A stretch of DNA of 5,158 bases, taken from positions 1 to 5,158 of the forward strand of contig JADGIF010000687.1 of NCBI GenBank assembly GCA_018985225.1, read 5' to 3'. This document shows, in pieces, positions 1-5,158 of this stretch. The notes below the pieces were generated by a model that worked only from the letters and a program-made list of their open reading frames with translations, searched no databases and was not told the origin of the DNA. The stretch's first letter is position 1. Each line of letters starts with the position of its first letter. The translations under genes were made by a program, and so were the position numbers. The DNA is from Amoeboradix gromovi X-113. Taxonomy: Eukaryota; Fungi; Sanchytriomycota.

Positions 1-108
1 GATGCAATGAAGCATTTGCTAGTCAAGCATGTGTACCAGGGTGAACTATTTCTAGCTTCTCTGTGGAAACTCTTGATTTTTTAGGAAAGCAGGACTTTGA
101 TTAGTAAC
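1..108 (+). repeat. Repeat copy A (subfamily X): 3' end of a Fanzor/TnpB-type element, candidate omegaRNA scaffold; cut by the window edge
   Basis: 1..86 is the reverse complement of 4554..4639 at 84/86 identity (mismatches at 10 and 74). Similarity continues with small indels through GGAC(T)TTGATTAGTAAC to 108 (partner 4534). The 18-bp core CTAGCTTCTCTGTGGAAA (52..69) is identical in copies B and C and nearly so in D. Confidence 0.9.
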
Positions 109-143
109 TATTTAGTTACAACCACAATTTGTGATTACTTGTC

Positions 144-151
144 TCACGTGA
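144..151. promoter_or_regulatory. Palindromic E-box TCACGTGA (possible bHLH site of the Cbf1/Pho4 type) upstream of the phosphatase gene
   Basis: Exact TCACGTGA about 55 bp before ATG 207. A single 8-mer could arise by chance. Confidence 0.3.
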
Positions 152-206
152 TTTTGTAATTTAGGAGAAACATGACATTGCACAGAAAAGTGGATTTATT
201 TGACTA

Positions 207-1331
207 ATGATAGCGTTCTACATTTTGTTTGCAAAGCTGATCGTAATACATGAAGAAGTAGTTTCAATGGCATCTGCCCAAAGTGAAGTTTTTGAGTCAC
301 TGATGAGATTGAAATCTCATTTTACTATCATGATTGTTGGGTCAAGGGCCGGCTTATCTGAGGTCGAGTCTGTCATTATTCGTACCGGTGATTTGGAGAA
401 TATATTTATAGCTTATGACAACGAGGCAAGCCAGGCGTGCAGAAAGTATTTTGCAGAACTGAGTGGAACCGATCTGGAAAACAGTGCTATAAAAAGTGAA
501 GAGGATTGTGCTATCATGAGTCACAATGGTGAAATAACAGATATTCAAAACGAAACTGCTCAGGATAAACTGCTGCCAAAAATTGAAGGTTTTTTGAGAG
601 AAAATGACTTTGAAATATGGATTTCTCAAGATCACTTTCATGTCAAAGAGATTGAGATTCAAAGCATCAAAGAATTGAAAACGCAAATCAATAATCATAA
701 ACCTGTTATGATACTGGATGTTGACGATACTTTCTGTGGCGTTTCTGAGTATGATGTACACCGTAACCCTAGTTATTATGCAAGACACGGCACTATTGAC
801 TTTATTTCGGGCGCTCAAGTTCATTTTGATGTCTATTTGGTTAGTTTATCCTCAAAATACTGGATTTACCAGAAGCTAACCCAACTTGGTTTGCTGAATA
901 TGATTCAGGATGATCATATCATCGGTGTATATAATCTACATTGCCTAAAGTATTATTATATTTACAAATACGCCCATAAAAACCGCTGCATCACTGACTC
1001 TACATGTTTTATCGAATCAAATGATAATGTATCAGAATCTGATAGGAGAGCAGTAGTGGAAGCATGGCGCTCTTATTTCGATATTCTTGCTGATTATCCT
1101 GCTAAATTTTTGTTATCGATTCCAAGTATTGAGCAACGAATTAAAAATGGTGATTTCGTTATTGTGGATGATAATACAAATCCATATAAAGAAGAATATG
1201 AGCACAAAATTGCACAAGTGGAACCAATGGATGGGAGTGCAGACAAAGTGTTTGAATGGCTTGCCCAAGATGATTTTAGCATCTTAAAATACTTGTCCAA
1301 GCTTCAAGTGGATCCCAAAAATGGATTGTAA
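207..1331 (+). CDS. Divergent FCP1/SCP (NLI-interacting factor, NIF)-like HAD-superfamily phosphatase with an uncharacterised N-terminal region; alternative start at ATG 267
   Basis: 374-aa ORF. HAD motif I VMILDVDDT (D171-x-D173-x-T175, nt 717-731). YARHGTIDFI...FDVYLVSLS resembles the NIF segment KRPGVDEFL...FECVLFTAS (motif II, S213). YPAKFL gives motif III K300 and FVIVDDN gives motif IV (D321/D322). C-terminal QVEPMDGSADKVFEWL...LKYLSKL resembles the NIF tail PI..(W/F).G...D..L..L. The second ATG (267, tcaATGG) has a better initiation context. Confidence 0.75.
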   Translation: MIAFYILFAKLIVIHEEVVSMASAQSEVFESLMRLKSHFTIMIVGSRAGLSEVESVIIRTGDLENIFIAYDNEASQACRKYFAELSGTDLENSAIKSEEDCAIMSHNGEITDIQNETAQDKLLPKIEGFLRENDFEIWISQDHFHVKEIEIQSIKELKTQINNHKPVMILDVDDTFCGVSEYDVHRNPSYYARHGTIDFISGAQVHFDVYLVSLSSKYWIYQKLTQLGLLNMIQDDHIIGVYNLHCLKYYYIYKYAHKNRCITDSTCFIESNDNVSESDRRAVVEAWRSYFDILADYPAKFLLSIPSIEQRIKNGDFVIVDDNTNPYKEEYEHKIAQVEPMDGSADKVFEWLAQDDFSILKYLSKLQVDPKNGL

Positions 1332-1336
1332 TTAAA
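1331..1336 (+). terminator. Putative polyadenylation signal ATTAAA overlapping the phosphatase stop codon
   Basis: TTG TAA TTAAAAA at the ORF end; AT-rich background limits specificity. Confidence 0.35.
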
Positions 1337-1507
1337 AATACTATTTGGGGACTCTGACGGAACCAGTTAATTGAAAGTTGCGATTCCAATTTCACGAAGT
1401 TACTAATTTACAGATTTGAGACTGATGGACAGTCAGACGAAAACTTTAGCTAGGAAATGCACGAGTCTTTGCAACCTGGGGTCAATATTTTATACAATTG
1501 AGGCGCA

Positions 1508-1660
1508 TTCTCCTCGTAAAAAAGTCCTAATTTCCACAGAGAAGCTAGCAATGCTAGATGCTCCGTTACAGTGATTGCTCACGCTTTCACTACCCTGAAG
1601 CAGGATTGAATATGGATGCAGATACTTGATTTAAATATTCCTTGCTGCCATAATCTCTAT
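1508..1660 (-). repeat. Repeat copy B (subfamily Y): Fanzor/TnpB C-terminal remnant plus candidate omegaRNA scaffold
   Basis: Direct repeat of 4946..5118. 1546..1598 is identical to 5002..5054 (53 bp), 1599..1652 differs by 9 substitutions, and D carries an extra 19-bp duplication. Core TTTCCACAGAGAAGCTAG at 1531..1548 on +. Confidence 0.9.
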
Positions 1661-1747
1661 TGTTGCACATGTGGTAAGGTCAATTACATAAGAATTATTG
1701 AATAAATAGTTTACAAGTTTATTTATCGTTGATCTCTTTCTAGGCAT
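1631..1747 (-). pseudogene. Internally deleted, frameshifted Fanzor/TnpB-like nuclease fragment
   Basis: Minus frame reads MPRKRSTINKLVNYLFNNSYVIDLTTCATIEIMAARNI*. The DNA just before the MAARNI ATG is AAT AGA GAT T, i.e. N-R-D shifted out of frame by a 2-bp loss relative to copy D, which restores NRDxMAARNI. YVIDLTTC resembles a collapsed V.IDE..TS..C segment. Confidence 0.55.
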
Positions 1748-2591
1748 TTATAAACACAATTGTTCCATGTTTGGACCAGCTCTCTTAGCGTAGATGAACG
1801 TATGCTGTACCTATCAGTTATTTCTTTAGATTTGATTTACCGTTTGTGAAAATGAAGAATATCGAGTATATTAAATATTGGAAAATGGAAAAGTCTTGAA
1901 ATTATACAAAAATATAAACAAATTCTCGATAATTTATTTATTTAATAATCTTACATTTGGGACATCAAATATAAAAACTGGACTAACTTTCTGAGACAGT
2001 TTGAATCATTATTTCAAGTGTATTAAACGATATTAAATTAAATTAATCTGACTGGATCAAGTAAATTGTTGTAGTATAAAAGCTTTCATCCATCAAAATC
2101 TTGGAAACAATGATCAATAAGAACAGAAAACAGAAACAAGTTATACCAAAGGTAGTAAGAAGAATAAGAAATGAAACAGATAAAGAGTATCGTCTAAGAA
2201 AATGCACCTTTTGCTTAGACACTCAGAGACCTCATATATTTTAAAGAAGGGAATGACATTAATGAAAGAAAATTGGTTTGAAAGAAGGAATTTTATTAAT
2301 AATAGTATTTCCTCCTTAAAGAGCAGCTCCTTTAAAGACGGCTTGGTCTAGTTTTTATATTTGGTGTCCGAATTAGATTATGTTCGAAGTTTGGAATATT
2401 GTACTCTATTGCTTCGCGATATCTTTAGATTGACATCTCGGACTATTGCAATATGCCATATACGAGAAAAATGGAACACATCATTTTGCTTAATTAGAAA
2501 GTATAGTAAGAAGAGCAATTGAAGCGATGAAATTTATATCACGATAAATGTTTTACTCAGTGAAAATTGTTAAGTATGCCTTTATTCAAAC

Positions 2592-2654
2592 ATGATACTC
2601 CGATTTTGTAGAACAAAATTTCTGTCGAAGAGATCCCATTCAACAGTCAATGGA
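2592..2654 (+). other. Putative short mitochondrial targeting presequence of Atm1
   Basis: MILRFCRTKFLSKRSHSTVNG is rich in R/K/S/T and has no acidic residue before D22, as is typical of mitochondrial presequences. Confidence 0.7.
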
Positions 2655-4412
2655 GATCCAGGCAAGGTTGATTATAAAATTTTAAAAATGCTAGGATCCT
2701 ATGTTTGGCCAAAGGACGATCATAAGACCAAAAAAACCGTCGGAGTTGCTATGGGCCTACTTATATCAGGCAAGATATTGAACATACAAGTCCCTCTGCT
2801 ACTCAAATACATTGTTGACCATATAGATCAGCCGAGATCTGTTTTTTATGGTATAATAGGATATGGCGCTGTTCGTACCATGGCGATGTCATTTGGTGAG
2901 CTAAGGAGTGCTGTATTTGCAGGTATTAGCAATCGCACAATCCGGCAAGTATCCAAGCAAACATTTCAACACCTGCTTAACATGGATATGCAGTATCATC
3001 TAAAACGTGAAACTGGTGGACTTAGTCGTGCAATAGACAGAGGTACCAAAGGAATATCATTTGTGCTAAACGCAATGGTATTCCATATATTTCCTACTGC
3101 CTTTGAACTATCTCTGGTGTGCGGGTTGTTAGGTTGGAAATATGGATCTACTTTCGCTGTTGGAACTCTTGCTAGCATCAGTGCTTACACAGTATTTACT
3201 CTATCAACCACTCAATGGCGTACAAAGTTTCGCAGACTGATGAATAAAGCAGATAATGAAGCAGCAACGACAAGCATAGACAGCTTAATAAATATCGAAT
3301 CGGTCAAGTATTTTCAAAACGAGAGTGTGGAACTAAAGCAGTATGATAAAGCCTTGGAAAACTATGAGAGTGCATCTTTAAAAACAATATACTCTCTAGC
3401 ATTTCTAAATGCAGGTCAGCAATTGATATTTACGAGTGGCTTAACATACATGATGTACTTGGCTAGCAAGGGAATAGCAGGTGGATCACTGGGAGTGGGT
3501 GATTTGGTAATGATAAATGCACTGCTATTTCAATTGTCAGCACCATTGAACTTTCTAGGAAGTGTTTACCGTGAGTTGAAGCAATCTTTTATTGATATGA
3601 CAACTCTTTTTAATTTGCAGTCAGATCATCCAACAATAACCAACGGGACTAAAGAGCTGGTTTATAGTCATGGTGATATTGAATTCAGAAATGTGTTCTT
3701 TAGATACGAGGACAAATACATTTTAAATGGGCTGAACTTGAGAATTCCTGGGGGTAAGAAAGTAGCTGTAGTTGGGAGTAGTGGATGTGGTAAATCAACA
3801 CTGTTAAGGATGATATTTCGACACTATGACCCAAATGAAGGCTCGGTTCTAATTGATGGTCAAAATATCAAGGATTGCGATTTTAACTCTTTTCGCAATT
3901 TGCTTGCCGTTTGTCCACAGGACAACTCATTATTTAACCAGAGCATAATGTACAATATCAGATACGGTAATTCATTAGCTACTGACAGGCAAGTTATGGA
4001 TGCAGCCAGGTTGGCACAGTGCCACGATTTAATTGATGGATTTAAAAATAAATATGACACTCAGGTGGGGGAACGAGGATTGATTTTGAGTGGTGGAGAG
4101 AAGCAGCGTATATTACTAGCTAGAGTGATACTAAGAAACCCAAAGATTTTATTGATCGACGAGGCTACAAGTGCTTTGGACAGCCAAACAGAGAAGTTGG
4201 TAATGCAGAGTATAAATAACATTATCAAAATACAACACACTAGTGCATTAATAATAGCACATAGACTAAGTACTGTTAGCGATGCAGATAACATAATTGT
4301 AATGGACAATGGAAAAGTAGCAGAGAGTGGTACTCATGATGAATTGATTAATAAGAAGGGATTATACTTGAACATGTGGAAAGCTCAAGAAAGACAAAAG
4401 ACTGTTAAATAA
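2592..4412 (+). CDS. ATM1: Mitochondrial inner-membrane ABC half-transporter Atm1/ABCB7 (Fe-S cluster precursor export)
   Basis: 606-aa intronless ORF with TMD then NBD. Atm1-typical motifs RETGGLSRAIDRGTKGISF, WRTKFRR.MNKADN, IDSLIN.E.VKYFQNE and GDLVMINALLFQLS.PLNFLGSVYRELKQS. Walker A GSSGCGKS, Q-loop VCPQD, signature LSGGEKQR, Walker B/D-loop LLIDEATSALD, H-loop IIAHRLST. Confidence 0.96.
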   Translation: MILRFCRTKFLSKRSHSTVNGDPGKVDYKILKMLGSYVWPKDDHKTKKTVGVAMGLLISGKILNIQVPLLLKYIVDHIDQPRSVFYGIIGYGAVRTMAMSFGELRSAVFAGISNRTIRQVSKQTFQHLLNMDMQYHLKRETGGLSRAIDRGTKGISFVLNAMVFHIFPTAFELSLVCGLLGWKYGSTFAVGTLASISAYTVFTLSTTQWRTKFRRLMNKADNEAATTSIDSLINIESVKYFQNESVELKQYDKALENYESASLKTIYSLAFLNAGQQLIFTSGLTYMMYLASKGIAGGSLGVGDLVMINALLFQLSAPLNFLGSVYRELKQSFIDMTTLFNLQSDHPTITNGTKELVYSHGDIEFRNVFFRYEDKYILNGLNLRIPGGKKVAVVGSSGCGKSTLLRMIFRHYDPNEGSVLIDGQNIKDCDFNSFRNLLAVCPQDNSLFNQSIMYNIRYGNSLATDRQVMDAARLAQCHDLIDGFKNKYDTQVGERGLILSGGEKQRILLARVILRNPKILLIDEATSALDSQTEKLVMQSINNIIKIQHTSALIIAHRLSTVSDADNIIVMDNGKVAESGTHDELINKKGLYLNMWKAQERQKTVK

Positions 4413-4413
4413 A
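4408..4413 (+). terminator. Putative polyadenylation signal AATAAA overlapping the ATM1 stop codon
   Basis: AAA TAA AAA, with the stop at 4410..4412 embedded in AATAAA. Confidence 0.45.
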
Positions 4414-4503
4414 AAGTATTTTAGACTTCATTTTGCTGATTTAGTTGCGCTAACCAAGGAACACAACAGTTTATGGTTATAACCTAATGTCCCGAATGTT
4501 TTT

Positions 4504-4519
4504 CGAGAAAGCTTTCTCG
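4504..4519. repeat. Perfect 16-bp palindrome CGAGAAAGCTTTCTCG
   Basis: Self-reverse-complementary; ends 14 bp outside the boundary of repeat copy C. Confidence 0.85.
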
Positions 4520-4533
4520 CTTTTCAATATTAT

Positions 4534-4661
4534 GTTACTAATCAAGTCCACCCTCCTAAAAAATCGAGAGTTTCCACAGAGAAGCTAGAAATAGTTCACC
4601 CTGGTACACATGCTTGACTAGCAAATGCTCCATTGCATCCACCGTTGCCTCTTTCTCTTCC
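4534..4661 (-). repeat. Repeat copy C (subfamily X): candidate omegaRNA scaffold and element 3' end
   Basis: Inverted partner of 1..108. Also aligns with B and D: minus GGA AGA GAA AGA..TGC AAT GGA GCA versus GGT AGT GAA AGC..TGT AAC GGA GCA, then a 27-bp insertion, then the shared TTCTCTGTGGAAA core. Confidence 0.88.
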
Positions 4662-4672
4662 AGCACGACAGT

Positions 4673-4945
4673 CTAGTTTAGACCCTCTCTAAGTCTAGAA
4701 GAGTGCGTTACATATCGCTCAGCGATGTCCTGAGTCCTCGAGCATTCTGAGCAAGAGCACTCGGAGACATTTGTCATGGATAAGAAGATCGACAATCGAA
4801 TTTTGAGTTCAGATGCAAAGCTCTAGAATAGCAGGTTGTTCAAGCTGCAAATCATGCAATATATCCTTTATTCAGTTATGTCCATGACTACTAGAGTAAT
4901 CGGGATATCATTAAGCAAGAATTTAAATCTATTCGACTTCAGAGT
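4673..4945 (-). pseudogene. Heavily decayed Fanzor/TnpB-like C-terminal region (Glu motif, CxxC...CxxC zinc ribbon, degenerate RuvC-III)
   Basis: One minus frame reads ...TLVVMDITE*RIYCMIC...SECSCSECSRTQDIAERYV...GLN*. E at 4871-4873, CMIC 4847-4858, CSEC 4742-4753, DIAERYV 4709-4729 (compare DHMAARNI). Two internal stops. The Asp codon lies 92 nt before the scaffold's TGYAAYGGAGCA, versus 87 nt in D and about 85 nt in B. Confidence 0.5.
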
Positions 4946-5118
4946 TTCTCCTCGTTAAAAGTTCTAATTTCCCAGAGAATCGAGAATTTCCACAGAGAAA
5001 TTAGCAATGCTAGATGCTCCGTTACAGTGATTGCTCACGCTTTCACTACCCTGAGGCGGGATTAAATAAGGATGCATATACTTGATGTATATGTTCCTTG
5101 CAGCCATATGGTCTCTAT
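4946..5118 (-). repeat. Repeat copy D (subfamily Y): candidate omegaRNA scaffold overlapping the nuclease 3' end
   Basis: Direct repeat of 1508..1660. Contains the tandem AATTTCCCAGAGAATCGAG (4966..4984) / AATTTCCACAGAGAAATTAG (4985..5004). Confidence 0.9.
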
Positions 5119-5158
5119 ATATCTTCAAATGACACTTTGTGCAGGTTCAGGTTTCTAA
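4964..5158 (-). pseudogene. Fanzor/TnpB-family RNA-guided nuclease, C-terminal fragment (second zinc-ribbon CxxC plus RuvC-III); runs off the window
   Basis: Minus frame 5146..4964 reads TCTKCHLKIYRDHMAARNIYIKYMHPYLIPPQGSESVSNHCNGASSIANFSVEILDSLGN*, matching the TnpB/Fanzor consensus CxxC-x5-RDxNAAxNI. The in-frame TGA at 5147..5149 would disappear if one base were removed (AGA AAC CTG [A] ACC TGC = R-N-L-T-C). Confidence 0.72.

Noticed and set aside
354-824. 156-aa minus-strand ORF
   Set aside because: Antisense shadow of the phosphatase ORF with no recognisable motif.
1087-1300. Short ORFs 1087..1287 (+) and 1094..1300 (-)
   Set aside because: Fully inside the motif-bearing phosphatase frame; no independent evidence.
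52-1548. Perfect 18-bp inverted pair (52..69 / 1531..1548) as TIRs of a transposon carrying the phosphatase
   Set aside because: No target-site duplication. Homology extends outward from the pair, so these are internal cores of two separate repeat copies.
1526-1609. CTAAT...CAG 3' splice-acceptor look-alikes on + (also near 1400 and 4964) and aligned stops TGA/TAA/TAG in copies B/D/C, suggesting a mobile terminal exon
   Set aside because: Substitutions favour third positions of the minus frame, which carries the RDxMAARNI motif. The aligned + stops are simply the mirror of TCA/TTA/CTA codons, and copy A has no gene upstream in that orientation.
2996-4309. Three short minus-strand ORFs inside ATM1
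   Set aside because: Antisense shadows of a conserved gene.
4504-4541. Helitron 3' end (hairpin plus CTRR)
   Set aside because: No CTRR at the usual ~11 nt from the palindrome on either strand, and the palindrome is not shared by other copies.
4620-4680. Minus-strand LDCRAGRERGNGGCNGA resembling the papain-family DC...GCNGG motif
   Set aside because: No catalytic QxxCGSCW or other C1A motifs nearby; better explained as the nuclease tail and RNA scaffold region.
4556-4945. Long minus frame interrupted only by TAA/TAG, hinting at a TAR=Gln genetic code
   Set aside because: The 606- and 374-codon genes contain no in-frame TAA/TAG, use CAA/CAG for Gln, and end in TAA at the expected C-termini.
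4571-5004. CRISPR array interpretation of the recurring 18-20 bp motif
   Set aside because: Spacing is hundreds to thousands of bp with mixed orientation, the context is eukaryotic, and there are no cas genes.

Overview
AT-rich eukaryotic DNA, probably from a compact early-diverging fungus or fungal relative (inferred from intronless genes, a short mitochondrial presequence and poly(A) signals overlapping the stop codons). It has two + strand genes: a divergent FCP1/SCP (NIF)-type HAD phosphatase (207..1331) and the mitochondrial ABC transporter ATM1/ABCB7 (2592..4412). Four copies of one repeat family surround them: A 1..108 (+), B ~1508..1747 (-), C ~4534..4945 (-) and D 4946..5158 (-). On the minus strand, B, C and D carry decayed C-terminal fragments of a TnpB/Fanzor-type RNA-guided nuclease; the clearest is TCTKCHLKIYRDHMAARNI, matching the zinc-ribbon plus RuvC-III consensus CxxC...RDxNAAxNI. 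Each fragment is followed by a more conserved, hairpin-forming segment that ends abruptly against unrelated flank. This is the layout expected for omegaRNA scaffold plus guide loci of Fanzor-carrying transposons, apparently from two subfamilies (A/C and B/D). No intact nuclease or transposase is present in the window.
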